Position numbers and translations under genes: made by a program
Notes under the pieces: generated by a model
Databases searched by the model: none
The model's input: the letters and a program-made list of their open reading frames with translations, nothing else
Told to the model about the DNA's origin: nothing
Part shown: one piece after another, positions 1 to 9,352 of the stretch
How the letters are laid out: every line of letters begins with the position of its first letter
How positions within the stretch are numbered: position 1 is the first letter of the stretch
NCBI GenBank assembly: GCA_035996165.1
Contig: DASYJT010000305.1
Coordinates: forward strand, 1 to 33,687
Direction of reading: 5' to 3'
DNA: 33,687 nt
Source of the DNA: Acidimicrobiia bacterium
GTDB taxonomy: Bacteria > Actinomycetota > Acidimicrobiia > IMCC26256 > PALSA-610

Positions 1-288
1 GCCGCCGTCCGTTTCGACCTGCACATCCCGCAGAGTCGCTCGCTGAAGGCGAAGCGCGCGGCGATCCGGCCGGTCGTCGACGGGCTGCGCCACCGGTTCC
101 GGGTTTCCGTCGCCGAGGTCGACTACCACGATCAGTGGCAGCGCACCGCGATCGCGGTCGCGGTCGTCGCGAACACCGACTCGCAGCTGCGCGAAGTGCT
201 GGCCGCGGTCGAGCGGTTCGTCGTGTCCGCCCCCGATGTCGAGCTGCTCGACACGGAGACCGCGTGGCTCGAGAGCGAGCGGGCGTGA
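1..288 (+). CDS. DUF503 (YlxP-like) protein, 5'-truncated at window edge
   Basis: Frame-1 ORF runs in from the edge, with stop TGA at 286-288. The translation is AAVRFDLHIPQSRSLKAKRAAIRPVVDGLRHRF...YHDQWQRTAIAVAVV. The position just upstream of rbfA matches the usual infB-DUF503-rbfA arrangement. Confidence 0.7.
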   Translation, partial: AAVRFDLHIPQSRSLKAKRAAIRPVVDGLRHRFRVSVAEVDYHDQWQRTAIAVAVVANTDSQLREVLAAVERFVVSAPDVELLDTETAWLESERA

Positions 289-292
289 CCGT

Positions 293-712
293 ATGACGTC
301 GGCGAGGCGGTATCCCCGGACGGCCCGGGTGAACGAAGTGATGCTCGAGGTTCTCGCCGACGAGCTCGAGCGGATGAGCGACCCGCGCCTCGAGCTCGTC
401 ACGCTCACCGGAGTTGCCGTGAGCCGCGATCTCGCCCACGCCAAAGTGTTCTACTCGACACTCACCGCGACCGCCGTCGACACGCGCGAGTCGGTTCCCG
501 AAGAAGTCGCGAGCGCGCTGCAGTCCGCCGGTTCACACCTGCGCGGGGTCGTCGGCCGCCAGATGCGTATCCGCCAGGTGCCGCGGCTCGAGTTCTCCGT
601 CGACCCGGGGATCGTGTCCGGTCAGCGGGTCGAGGACATTCTGCGCGAGATCCACCACCGCGAGGCGTCGAACGACGAGAGTGGTGGCGCGGGCGGCGAG
701 GAGGACTCGTGA
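293..712 (+). CDS. rbfA: ribosome-binding factor A
   Basis: ORF 236..712. I place the start at ATG 293 (MTSARRYPRTARVNEVMLEVLADELERMSDPRLELVTLTGVAVSRDLAHAKVFY), a typical RbfA N-terminus. Conserved synteny supports the call. The acidic tail overlaps the next gene by GTGA. Confidence 0.9.
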   Translation: MTSARRYPRTARVNEVMLEVLADELERMSDPRLELVTLTGVAVSRDLAHAKVFYSTLTATAVDTRESVPEEVASALQSAGSHLRGVVGRQMRIRQVPRLEFSVDPGIVSGQRVEDILREIHHREASNDESGGAGGEEDS

Positions 713-1683
713 CCGACGAACTTTCGGTCGAGGATGCCCTCGGCCGAGCCGCGGACGCGATCCGCTCGGGAGTCGAGGTCAGCCTGGCGTGTCACGTCAG
801 CCCTGATGGCGACGCGCTCGGGTCGATGCTCGCGTTGCACCACGTGCTGAGTGCGGCAGGGATCAAGAGCATTGCGTCGTTCTCGGAGCCGTTCGTAGTC
901 GCGCCGCACTACCGCGAACTGCCCGGCCTCGATCTCCTCACCGCGCCCGATCGATTCCCGAGCGAGCCCAGCGTGATGGTGACCTTCGACTCGGGTTCGC
1001 TGGCCCGGCTCGGCGATCTCGAATCGTCGGCAAAAGCGGCGGGCGAGCTCATCGTGATCGACCACCACGTGTCGAACCAGCGCTACGGCAGCATCAACGT
1101 CATCGATCCCGACGCGGCCGCGAGCGGCGTGCTCGTCCGCCGGTTGATCGCCCGGCTCGATCTCCCGATGACTCGCGACGCGGCCGTGTGCCTCTACGCG
1201 GCGCTCGTGTGCGACACCGGACGCTTCCAGTACCAGTCGACGACGCCGGCGGTGTTCGAGCTCGCGCGCGAGCTCGCGTGCTTCGACCTCCCGATCCCCG
1301 AGTTGTCGCGCACGCTGTTCGAGGAGCACCGGTTCGCCTATCTCCAGCTGCTGGCAGGTGCGTTGCAGAACGCGGTCCTCGTGTCGGAGAAGCGGTTCGT
1401 CTGGACCAAGGTGACCCAGGCCGACCTCGAGCTGCACGGCGTGACCTTCGACGAGGTCGAGGGTCTGATCGACGTGCTGCGGCGCACGCGTGAAGCGCAG
1501 GTTGCCTGTGTGTTGAAGCAGGCCCCCGACTCGACGTGGCGCGTCAGTCTGCGTTCGCTCGGGACCGTCGACGTCCGCCTCATCGCCGAGCGGCAGGGCG
1601 GCGGCGGCCACCGGTTCGCCGCCGGGTTCACGAGCGACGACTCGGCGGAAGCCGTCGTCGCGCAGATCCTCAGCGCCCTGTGA
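709..1683 (+). CDS. nrnA: DHH/DHHA1 phosphoesterase (NrnA/CnpB-type nanoRNase / pAp or cyclic-dinucleotide phosphodiesterase)
   Basis: GTG start overlaps the rbfA stop. DHH-family motifs are visible: SPDGDALGS, VIDHH, and the DHHA1 motif GGGGH near the C-terminus. The location between rbfA and truB matches actinobacterial genomes. Confidence 0.88.
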   Translation: MTDELSVEDALGRAADAIRSGVEVSLACHVSPDGDALGSMLALHHVLSAAGIKSIASFSEPFVVAPHYRELPGLDLLTAPDRFPSEPSVMVTFDSGSLARLGDLESSAKAAGELIVIDHHVSNQRYGSINVIDPDAAASGVLVRRLIARLDLPMTRDAAVCLYAALVCDTGRFQYQSTTPAVFELARELACFDLPIPELSRTLFEEHRFAYLQLLAGALQNAVLVSEKRFVWTKVTQADLELHGVTFDEVEGLIDVLRRTREAQVACVLKQAPDSTWRVSLRSLGTVDVRLIAERQGGGGHRFAAGFTSDDSAEAVVAQILSAL

Positions 1684-1714
1684 CCCTGACGTCGTGACCT
1701 GACAGGGTTGCAGT

Positions 1715-2611
1715 ATGCGTGACGGATTGCTGGTCGTCGACAAGGCCCCGGGGTGGACGAGTCACGACGTCGTCGCGAAGTTGCGCGGCGTGTACGGGCA
1801 AAAGCGTGTCGGCCATGCGGGCACGCTGGATCCCGACGCAACGGGCGTGTTACTCGTCGGCCTCGGACGCGCAACCCGCTTGCTTCGCTATCTGCAGGAG
1901 GCGGGCAAGGAATACCGCGGCCGCGTGGTGTTCGGAGTAGCCACCGACACGCTCGATGCCGCGGGCGCGGTGTTGGAGCGCGCGGAGATGACCGTCGGAC
2001 GTGCGCAACTCGACGCGGCGGCGCGCGCGTTCGTGGGCGACATCGAGCAGATCCCACCGATGGTGTCGGCGCTGAAGGTCGGCGGCCGCCGGCTCTACGA
2101 GATGGCGCGCGCGGGGGAGGAGATCGAGCGCGCGGCGCGTCCCGTGCACATCGGCGAACTGGTCGTCGAAGAGCTCGAGCCGGGCGCGTACCCGGAGGCG
2201 ACGATCCGGGTGTCGTGCTCGACCGGTACCTATATCCGCACGCTCGCCGCAGATCTCGGCACGGCGCTCGGTGGATGCGCGCATCTCGGGTCGCTCCGCC
2301 GGCTGCGGGTCGGCAGCTTCACGCTCGACGAGGCTCGCACGCTGGAGGCCATCGAGGCCGATCGCGAGGCGGCGGTGCTCCCGCCGACCGAAGCGGTCCG
2401 CGACCTCGAGACGGTCACCATCGATGCCGAACGCGCCCGCGCGGTCGCGCACGGCGCGACGTTCGCCGCGCCCGCGCTGCTGGGCGATCGCGACGGCCCC
2501 GGTCCCTTCGCGGTGATCGACGAATCGGGCGCGCTGCTCGCCGTGTACGAACGGCGCGGCGCCGGGGTCAAGCCGTCGGTCGTGCTCGCCGCGGAAGCCT
2601 CGATCTCATGA
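1715..2611 (+). CDS. truB: tRNA pseudouridine(55) synthase
   Basis: N-terminus is GLLVVDKAPGWTSHDVVAKLR...GHAGTLDPDATGVLLVGLGRATRL, containing the catalytic Asp motif GTLDP. 298 aa, with matching synteny. Confidence 0.95.
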   Translation: MRDGLLVVDKAPGWTSHDVVAKLRGVYGQKRVGHAGTLDPDATGVLLVGLGRATRLLRYLQEAGKEYRGRVVFGVATDTLDAAGAVLERAEMTVGRAQLDAAARAFVGDIEQIPPMVSALKVGGRRLYEMARAGEEIERAARPVHIGELVVEELEPGAYPEATIRVSCSTGTYIRTLAADLGTALGGCAHLGSLRRLRVGSFTLDEARTLEAIEADREAAVLPPTEAVRDLETVTIDAERARAVAHGATFAAPALLGDRDGPGPFAVIDESGALLAVYERRGAGVKPSVVLAAEASIS

Positions 2612-2635
2612 TGGCCCCAATCTCGTGAGGGAAGC

Positions 2636-3583
2636 GTGAGGATCTATCGCGATCCCACCGAGATCGCCGGCGAGAACGGCCGGGCGGTGACGATCGGAGC
2701 GTTCGACGGCGTGCACCTCGGCCATCAGGCCGTCCTGCGGCTCGTGCGCGAGCTCGCGCAGGCTCGCGGGCTGTCGGCCACCGTGCTCACCTTCGACCGG
2801 CATCCGGCCGAGGTCGTGCGACCCGGCTCCGCGCCCAGGTTGCTCACCACCCTCGAACAGAAGCTCGAGCTGCTCGAGGCGACCAACGCCGTCGACGAAT
2901 GCCTCGTTCTTCCGTTCGACGCGACTCGCAGCAAGGAACCCGCCGAGCAATTCGTCGAGGAGCTGCTGGCGAGCGCGTTGCGCGCCCGGCTCGTCGTCGT
3001 CGGCGCCGACTTCCATTTCGGGTATCGCCGCCACGGCGACGTACCCCTCCTGCAGCTGATGGGCGCGGAGCTCGGATTCGAGACCATCGGGCTCGGCCTG
3101 GTGGCGGCGTTCGATCGTGACTCGGGCATCCCCTATTCGTCGACCCGCATCCGCCAGCTGATCGCGGTGGGCGACGTGGAGGGTGCCGCCGCGATGCTCG
3201 GTCGGCCGCACGAGGTCCGCGGGCCGGTCGAACGGGGCGACGCCCGCGGCCGCGAGCTCGGGTTCCCGACCGCGAACGTCAGCGTTCCCGACAACATCTG
3301 CCTGCCCGCCGATGGCGTGTACGCCGGCACGTTCGTCGGCGCCGATGGTGTGGAACGGCGCGCGGCGATCTCCGCCGGCCGTCGGCCCACCTTCTATGCG
3401 TCCGCCGGGCTTTTCCTCCTCGAGGCCCACGTGCTCGATTTCGACGGCGACCTCTACGGCCAGACCGCCAAGGTGCGGTTCACGCATCGGATCCGCGGGC
3501 AGGAGCGGTTCGAGAACGTCGACGACCTGATCGCACAGATGCACCGAGACGTCGCACGGGTCGGCGAGCTCCTCGGCACCTGA
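2636..3583 (+). CDS. ribF: bifunctional riboflavin kinase / FMN adenylyltransferase
   Basis: GTG start is preceded by GAGGGAAG. N-terminal FAD synthetase signature is GAFDGVHLGHQ. C-terminal riboflavin kinase signatures are GFPTANV and LEAHVLDFDGDLYG. Confidence 0.95.
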   Translation: MRIYRDPTEIAGENGRAVTIGAFDGVHLGHQAVLRLVRELAQARGLSATVLTFDRHPAEVVRPGSAPRLLTTLEQKLELLEATNAVDECLVLPFDATRSKEPAEQFVEELLASALRARLVVVGADFHFGYRRHGDVPLLQLMGAELGFETIGLGLVAAFDRDSGIPYSSTRIRQLIAVGDVEGAAAMLGRPHEVRGPVERGDARGRELGFPTANVSVPDNICLPADGVYAGTFVGADGVERRAAISAGRRPTFYASAGLFLLEAHVLDFDGDLYGQTAKVRFTHRIRGQERFENVDDLIAQMHRDVARVGELLGT

Positions 3584-3679
3584 GTCACGGTGGGGTAACT
3601 GCTGGGCGAGAGGGGAATCACCTCGTCTGGTAGCCTCCCCAGCTGAATCCGTATCGAATGAAGAGGTTCGAACGCGCGT

Positions 3680-3937
3680 ATGCCCGACAAGGCCGCAACG
3701 ATCAGCGATAACCGGCTCCACGACTCCGACACCGGCTCCGCCGAGGTCCAGATCGCACTCCTCACGGAGCGCATCCGTCATCTCACGGAGCACATGAAGG
3801 TCCACAAGAAGGACTTTCACACGCAGCGTGGGCTGCTGATGCTCGTCGGCCGTCGTCGGCGGATGCTCGATTACCTCCGGCGCAACAACGTCGAGCGGTA
3901 CCGAGCGCTCATCGCCAAGCTCGGCATCCGTCGATAG
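3680..3937 (+). CDS. rpsO: 30S ribosomal protein S15
   Basis: 85 aa, with [48 protein letters not shown]. It lies directly upstream of pnp. Confidence 0.97.
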   Translation: MPDKAATISDNRLHDSDTGSAEVQIALLTERIRHLTEHMKVHKKDFHTQRGLLMLVGRRRRMLDYLRRNNVERYRALIAKLGIRR

Positions 3938-3945
3938 GGATTCGC

Positions 3946-3971
3946 ACGAGGAGCGGTCAACCGCTCCTCGT
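3946..3971 (+). terminator. rpsO-pnp intercistronic stem-loop (attenuating terminator / RNase III-type processing hairpin)
   Basis: Perfect 11-bp stem ACGAGGAGCGG / CCGCTCCTCGT with loop TCAA, followed by TTT. It starts 9 nt after the rpsO stop. Confidence 0.6.
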
Positions 3972-4094
3972 TTGACATTCGAAAACAACGCCGAGGAAAT
4001 GTCGGTTGTCAGTCGCGAGCGCCCGAGTCACAACGACTCCGACGCTGACAACTGGGAACCGGTGCCTCTGGCTCAAACAGAGAGGAACCGTCGC

Positions 4095-6596
4095 GTGAGT
4101 GACGCAATTTCGGTTTCCGGTCCTATCAATGCCGCCGGCCTCGAGATGACGCTCGAGACCGGCCGGCTCGCTGCTCTTGCCGCAGGCGCGGTCGTGGTGA
4201 AGGTGGGCGGCACAACACTGCTGTCGACCGTCGCCACCTCGAAGCCCCGCGACGGCATCGACTTCTTCCCGCTGACCGTCGACGTCGAAGAGCGGGCGTA
4301 CGCCGCGGGCAAGATCCCGGGTTCGTTCTTCCGCCGTGAAGGTCGTCCGGGCGAGCTCGCCATCTTGACGTGTCGGCTCACCGACCGGCCGCTGCGCCCG
4401 TCGTTCCCCGCCGACTTCCGCAACGAGGTCCAGGTCATCGCCACGATTCTCGGCGTCGACCTCGAGAACCCGCACGACATCGCGTCGATCAACGGCGCTT
4501 CCGCCGCGCTGACGGTCTCGGGCATCCCCTTCGACGGCCCGATCGGTGCGGTCCGGCTCGCGCATTACGAAGGCGAGTGGATCGCGCACCCCACGTTCCA
4601 ACAGGGCGACGACTCCACGTTCGAGATCGTCGTCGCCGGTCGTCAGCTCGACGACGGTGACGTCGCGATCATGATGGTCGAGGCCGGTGGCACCGAGCGC
4701 ACGTGGGAGCTCTACGAGGCGGGCGCCCCGAAGATGACCGAGGAGCTCATTGCCGAAGGCCTCGAGGCCTCGAAGCAATGGATCTCCGCGTCGATCGAGC
4801 TGCAGAAGAAGCTGCGCGACGAGTTCATCAAGGCTCGCGGTCCGATCACGCCGATCGAGTACATGCCGAACGTCGACTACACGCCTGCGGTGTTCGCGGC
4901 CGTGAAGGCGCACGCGGAGACCGACACGGATGCGGCGATGAAGATCGCCGACAAGACCGATCGCAACAGCAAGCTCGACGAGATCCTCGCGGGCATCCAG
5001 GTTGCGTTGGTCGGCACCGTCGACAAGCCCGGTGCGCACGCCGAACAGGCCGGTGAGGTGAAGAAGGCCTTCCGGTCGCTGCAGAAGGAAGTCGTCCGCC
5101 GGCGCATCGTGAACGAGGGCGTCCGCATCGACGGTCGTGGTCCGGCCGACATCCGTTCGCTGTCGGCGGAAGTCGGCGTGCTCGACACTGCGCACGGCTC
5201 GTCGCTGTTCCAGCGGGGCGAGACCCAGGTGCTCGACGTCGCGACGCTCGCGATGCCGCGCATGGAGCAGATGCTCGACACGATCACGCTCGAGACCAAG
5301 AAGAAGTACATGCACCACTACAACTTCCCGCCGTTCTCCACGGGCGAGACGGGTCGTGTGGGTTCGCCGAAGCGGCGTGAGATCGGTCACGGCGCGCTGG
5401 CCGAGCGGGCGTTGATCCCCGTGCTGCCGAGCAGTCTCGAGTGGCCTTACACGATGCGGGTCGTCTCCGACGTGCTCGCGTCGAACGGCTCCACGTCGAT
5501 GGCGTCGGTATGCGGTTCGTCGCTATCCCTGATGGACGCGGGCGTGCCGATCAAGGCGCCGGTGGCCGGTATCGCGATGGGCCTCGTGTTCGCCGAGGGC
5601 AAATACACCACGCTCACCGACATCCTCGGCCAAGAAGACGCATTCGGCGACATGGACTTCAAGGTCGCCGGAACGTCGGAGTTCGTCACCGCGTTGCAGC
5701 TCGACACGAAGATCGCCGGCATCCCTGCCGACGTCCTCGCGGCCGCGTTGCTGCAGGCGAAGGACGCCCGGCTCAAGATCCTCGAAGTGATGCAGGGCGC
5801 CATTGCCGCGCCGCGTGAAGAGGTGCGCAACACCGCACCGAAGATCGTGAGCTTCGAGATCCCGGTCGACAAGATCGGCGAGGTGATCGGCCCGAAGGGC
5901 AAGGTCATCAACACCATTCAGCAAGAGACCGGCGCCGACATCTCGGTGCAGGACGCCGACGGAATGGGTGTCGTGTCGATTGGTTCGAAGGACGGCGCCG
6001 CGGTTGCAGAAGCGCAGCGTCGTATCGAGCTCATCCTCGACCCGCCGAGCGCGGAGGTCGGTGCGGTCTACGAGGGTCGCGTCGTCAACATCACCAAGTT
6101 CGGTGCGTTCGTCAACATCCTTCCCGGCCGTGACGGCCTCATCCACATCTCCAAGCTCGGGCGCGGCAAGCGCATCGACCGGGTCGAGGACGTGCTGGCG
6201 CTGGGCGACGAGCTGTCGGTGCGGGTCGACGACATCGACCAGAACGGGAAGTTGTCGCTCTCGCTGTTGGGCGACGACGGTGACGACGGCGGCGACGGTG
6301 GCGGTGGCGGTGGCGAGAACGCCAGCGGTCCCCGCGACCGCGACCGCGAATCCCGTGCGCCCCGGGGCGATCGTCCGCCCCGGGAGTCGCGCGACTCCGG
6401 TGGCGGCCGCGAGGCGGCGGCCCCCGACACGCGCGTCACGGCGTCGTTCGAGTCCGCGTGGGAGGAACAGGCCCGCGAGGAGTTCGGCGACCTCGGCCCG
6501 GCCGCCGAGCCGGAGAAGTCCGGCGCCGGTGGCGACCGGGGTCGCGGCGGCCGTGGTGGTCGTGGCGGTGCCCGGCGCGGTGGTCCGCGGCGCTAG
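4095..6596 (+). CDS. pnp: polyribonucleotide nucleotidyltransferase (PNPase) with long C-terminal G/D then RGG-rich tail
   Basis: Typical PNPase strings are present: FFPLTVDVEERAYAAGKIPGSFFRREGRP, two RNase PH domains, KH (IPVDKIGEVIGPKGKVI) and S1 (GRVVNITKFGAFVNILPGRDGLIHISK). The start is uncertain. I prefer GTG 4095 (AGAGAGGAA 7 nt upstream); in-frame ATG 3999 and TTG 3972 are alternatives. Confidence 0.93.
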   Translation: MSDAISVSGPINAAGLEMTLETGRLAALAAGAVVVKVGGTTLLSTVATSKPRDGIDFFPLTVDVEERAYAAGKIPGSFFRREGRPGELAILTCRLTDRPLRPSFPADFRNEVQVIATILGVDLENPHDIASINGASAALTVSGIPFDGPIGAVRLAHYEGEWIAHPTFQQGDDSTFEIVVAGRQLDDGDVAIMMVEAGGTERTWELYEAGAPKMTEELIAEGLEASKQWISASIELQKKLRDEFIKARGPITPIEYMPNVDYTPAVFAAVKAHAETDTDAAMKIADKTDRNSKLDEILAGIQVALVGTVDKPGAHAEQAGEVKKAFRSLQKEVVRRRIVNEGVRIDGRGPADIRSLSAEVGVLDTAHGSSLFQRGETQVLDVATLAMPRMEQMLDTITLETKKKYMHHYNFPPFSTGETGRVGSPKRREIGHGALAERALIPVLPSSLEWPYTMRVVSDVLASNGSTSMASVCGSSLSLMDAGVPIKAPVAGIAMGLVFAEGKYTTLTDILGQEDAFGDMDFKVAGTSEFVTALQLDTKIAGIPADVLAAALLQAKDARLKILEVMQGAIAAPREEVRNTAPKIVSFEIPVDKIGEVIGPKGKVINTIQQETGADISVQDADGMGVVSIGSKDGAAVAEAQRRIELILDPPSAEVGAVYEGRVVNITKFGAFVNILPGRDGLIHISKLGRGKRIDRVEDVLALGDELSVRVDDIDQNGKLSLSLLGDDGDDGGDGGGGGGENASGPRDRDRESRAPRGDRPPRESRDSGGGREAAAPDTRVTASFESAWEEQAREEFGDLGPAAEPEKSGAGGDRGRGGRGGRGGARRGGPRR

Positions 6597-6609
6597 TCCG
6601 TCCCACATC

Positions 6610-7851
6610 ATGAGTGGTATCCGGCGCACGCGTTGCGCGTCGGGCCTGCGCGTCGTCACCGAGGGTCTCCCGGAGTTGCACTCGGTGACGCTCGGCGCGT
6701 GGGTCGGTAGCGGCGCGCGCGACGAGCAGGGCGCGCAGTACGGCGCGAGCCACTTCCTCGAACACCTTCTGTTCAAGGGCACCGACCGGCGCAGTGCCCG
6801 CGAGATCGCGGAGTCGATCGAGTCGGTCGGCGGCGAGATGAACGCGTTCACGACACATGAACAGACGGTCTTCTACGTCCGCGTCCCGGACTCGCAGCTC
6901 GAGCCCGCGTTCGAGGTGCTCGCCGACGTGTTGTGGAACCCCGCGTTCCGAGTCGACGACGTGGAGTCGGAGCGGCGCGTCATCCTCGAAGAGATCGGGA
7001 TGCGTGACGACACGCCCGACGATCTGGTCCACGACCTCTTCGCGAGTGCGCTCTTCCCCGAGCATCCGCTCGGTCGCGAGGTGTTGGGGAGCGAAGAGTC
7101 GATCACCGCGATGGCGCGCGCCGACATCGAGAGCTATCACGCCGAGCACTACCAACCCTCGAACGTCGTCTTCGCGGCCGCGGGAAACCTCACGCACGAC
7201 AAGGTGCTCGAGCTCGTCGATCGGCACTTCCCTTCGTCCGAGGCAGTACGTCCGGCCCGGCCCCGTTTCGACACGGTCGCACCGCAGCCACTGCTCGTGC
7301 TGCACCGCGATACCGAGCAGACGCACGTGGTCACCGGCGTGCGGGCGCTCGCCGCGCTCGACGCCGACCGGTACGCGTTGACGGTCGTCAACCAGGTACT
7401 CGGCGGCGGCATGTCGTCGCGACTCTTCCAGGAGATCCGAGAGACTCGCGGGCTCGCGTATTCCGTGTTCTCGTACAGCGCGAGCTTCGACGAGACCGGG
7501 TTCGTCGCGATCTACGCGGGGACCGCGCCCGAGCACGTGCCGGAGACGCTCTCGGTCATCGGCGCCGAGCTCGACCGCCTGGTCAAAGAGGGCCTCTCCG
7601 ACGCGGAGGTCGCGGGAGCCAAAGGTCATCTCGTCGGTTCGCTCGCCATGTCGCTCGAGAGCTCCGCGAGCCGTATGCGTCGCCTCGGCCGCTCCGAGCT
7701 GGTCGAGGGCGAGATCCCGAGTCTCGACGACCTGATCGCCCGCGTCGACGCGGTCACGGCCGACGACGTCGCCCGCGTGATCGACCGGGTCTTTGCCGGC
7801 GCGCCCCGCGCGCTCGCGGTCGTCGGTCCGCACCGCGCCTCCGAGTTCTAG
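6610..7851 (+). CDS. M16 family zinc metallopeptidase (pitrilysin/PepR-like)
   Basis: Inverted zincin motif HFLEH in GASHFLEHLLFKGT, with downstream E (EEIGMRDD). ATG 6610 was chosen because the longer ORF (from 5968) overlaps the pnp coding frame. Synteny is pnp-pepR-dapB. Confidence 0.9.
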   Translation: MSGIRRTRCASGLRVVTEGLPELHSVTLGAWVGSGARDEQGAQYGASHFLEHLLFKGTDRRSAREIAESIESVGGEMNAFTTHEQTVFYVRVPDSQLEPAFEVLADVLWNPAFRVDDVESERRVILEEIGMRDDTPDDLVHDLFASALFPEHPLGREVLGSEESITAMARADIESYHAEHYQPSNVVFAAAGNLTHDKVLELVDRHFPSSEAVRPARPRFDTVAPQPLLVLHRDTEQTHVVTGVRALAALDADRYALTVVNQVLGGGMSSRLFQEIRETRGLAYSVFSYSASFDETGFVAIYAGTAPEHVPETLSVIGAELDRLVKEGLSDAEVAGAKGHLVGSLAMSLESSASRMRRLGRSELVEGEIPSLDDLIARVDAVTADDVARVIDRVFAGAPRALAVVGPHRASEF

Positions 7852-7862
7852 GCTCTCGTTCC

Positions 7863-8630
7863 ATGATCCGGGTCGGCGTGTTCGGGGCGGGCGGGCGCAT
7901 GGGCTCCACGGTCTGTCGGGCAGTCAGCGAGGCCCCCGACATGGAGCTCGTGGCTGCGGTCGACCCCCTGCACGCGGGGGCGGAGTCGGGCGAGCTGCGC
8001 CTCGCGGCGGAGGCCCACCAACTCGAGGTCGCGGGCGCCCAGGTTGCCGTCGATTTCACCGTCCTGGACGCCGCCCGCGAGAACGTTCGCTGGTGCGCGG
8101 CGCACGGCGTGCACGCGGTGGTCGGCACGACGGGGTTCACCGAGGCCGAGCTCGCCGAATTCGCGGACTTGTTCGATCGGTCCACCGCCAACGCCGCGAT
8201 CGTGCCGAATTTCGCAGTGGGCGCGGTGTTGATGATGCGCTTCGCCGAGATGGCCGCGCCGTTCTTCGAGACCGCCGAGATCATCGAGCTGCACCACGAT
8301 CGCAAGATCGACGCGCCGTCGGGTACGGCGGCCCTCACCGCGCAACGCATGGGCGCCGCCTCGAAGGATTGGGCCGACGACCCGACGTCGACCGTCATCG
8401 CCGACGGTGCGCGCGGCGGTCTGATCGACGGGATACGGGTGCACTCGGTCCGCATGCGCGGCATGGTGGCGCACCAGGAGGTTCTGCTCGGCACCAGCGG
8501 GCAGACCTTGTCGATCCGCCATGACAGTTACGACCGGGCGTCGTTCATGCCGGGTGTGCTGCTCGCGATCCGCAAGATCGCCGAGACGCCGGGGCTGACC
8601 ATCGGCCTCGACTCTTTGCTCGGCCTCTAG
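7863..8630 (+). CDS. dapB: 4-hydroxy-tetrahydrodipicolinate reductase
   Basis: N-terminal Rossmann motif is [13 protein letters not shown]. The DapB signature [18 protein letters not shown] is present. Confidence 0.95.
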   Translation: MIRVGVFGAGGRMGSTVCRAVSEAPDMELVAAVDPLHAGAESGELRLAAEAHQLEVAGAQVAVDFTVLDAARENVRWCAAHGVHAVVGTTGFTEAELAEFADLFDRSTANAAIVPNFAVGAVLMMRFAEMAAPFFETAEIIELHHDRKIDAPSGTAALTAQRMGAASKDWADDPTSTVIADGARGGLIDGIRVHSVRMRGMVAHQEVLLGTSGQTLSIRHDSYDRASFMPGVLLAIRKIAETPGLTIGLDSLLGL

Positions 8631-9352
8631 GTCGCCGCGTCGAGCTCCCCGCCACCGAGGTAGCTCGACTCCAGGAGATGCTGGTTCGCGTTCAGATCGG
8701 CGGCGGTGCCCTCCATGACGAGCTCGCCGTGGCTGAGGATGTAGCCGCGATCCGCGATCGACAGCGCGAGGTGCACGTGCTGTTCGACCAACAACACACC
8801 CGCGCCCGTGTCGTCGACGATCTTGCGCAGGATCGCGAGGAGGTCCTCGACGATGATCGGCGCGAGCCCGAGGCTCATCTCGTCGACCATGAGCATCTTC
8901 GGCGTCGACGTGAGTGCGCGCGCCATCGCGAGCATCTGCTGTTGTCCGCCGGAGAGCACGCCGGCACGCCGGCCCTGGATGTCGCGCAGCGCGGGGAAGT
9001 ACCGGAGCGCCTGTTCGATGTCGACCGTGCCCTTGGCCGATCCGAGCTGCAGGTTCTCCCGGACCGTGAGCTGGAAGAACAGCGAGCGGTCTTCCAGCAC
9101 GTGCGCGAGGCCGTCGCGGGCGATGAGGTGCGCGCGCCGTCCTTTGATGGAGCGGCCGAACAGCTTGATGTCGCCTTTCAGGATGGGATTCAATCCCGAC
9201 GTCGTGAGCAGCGTGGTGGTCTTCCCCGCGCCGTTCGGTCCGAGCAGCGCGACGATCTCTCCGGCGGCGACGTGCAGGTTCAGGTCGCGCACGACCGGCA
9301 CGTCGTTGTACCCGGTGAAGAGGTTCTCGATCTCGAGCAGCGGTGCGGTCAC
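8627..9352 (-). CDS. livF: branched-chain amino acid-type ABC transporter ATP-binding protein (LivF-like)
   Basis: Walker [10 protein letters not shown], signature LSGGQQQML, Walker [14 protein letters not shown] start at 9352 overlaps the livG stop (GTGA). The longer upstream extension of the ORF is R-rich and non-coding-like. Confidence 0.9.
   Translation of the reverse strand: MTAPLLEIENLFTGYNDVPVVRDLNLHVAAGEIVALLGPNGAGKTTTLLTTSGLNPILKGDIKLFGRSIKGRRAHLIARDGLAHVLEDRSLFFQLTVRENLQLGSAKGTVDIEQALRYFPALRDIQGRRAGVLSGGQQQMLAMARALTSTPKMLMVDEMSLGLAPIIVEDLLAILRKIVDDTGAGVLLVEQHVHLALSIADRGYILSHGELVMEGTAADLNANQHLLESSYLGGGELDAAT

Noticed and set aside
3654-3671. TCGAA-N8-TTCGA upstream of rpsO as a LexA/SOS box
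   Set aside because: The SOS consensus TCGAAC-N4-GTTCGA requires 6 nt between the TCGAA and TTCGA cores; here there are 8. The loop holds the rpsO ribosome-binding site, so a small RNA hairpin is the simpler reading.
3590-3676. tRNA-like GGTTCGAAC (T-loop-like) string
   Set aside because: I could not draw an acceptor stem, anticodon arm or D-arm around it. It lies in the rpsO leader.
2606-5390. Long minus-strand ORFs (2606..3988, 3957..5390) opposite ribF, rpsO and pnp
   Set aside because: This is the same high-GC antisense artefact. The + strand products have unambiguous RibF, S15 and PNPase motifs.
5968-6609. N-terminal extension of the M16 peptidase ORF back to 5968
   Set aside because: The extension overlaps the KH/S1/tail coding frame of pnp and translates to S/R/T/A-rich low complexity. 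The peptidase homology begins near ATG 6610.
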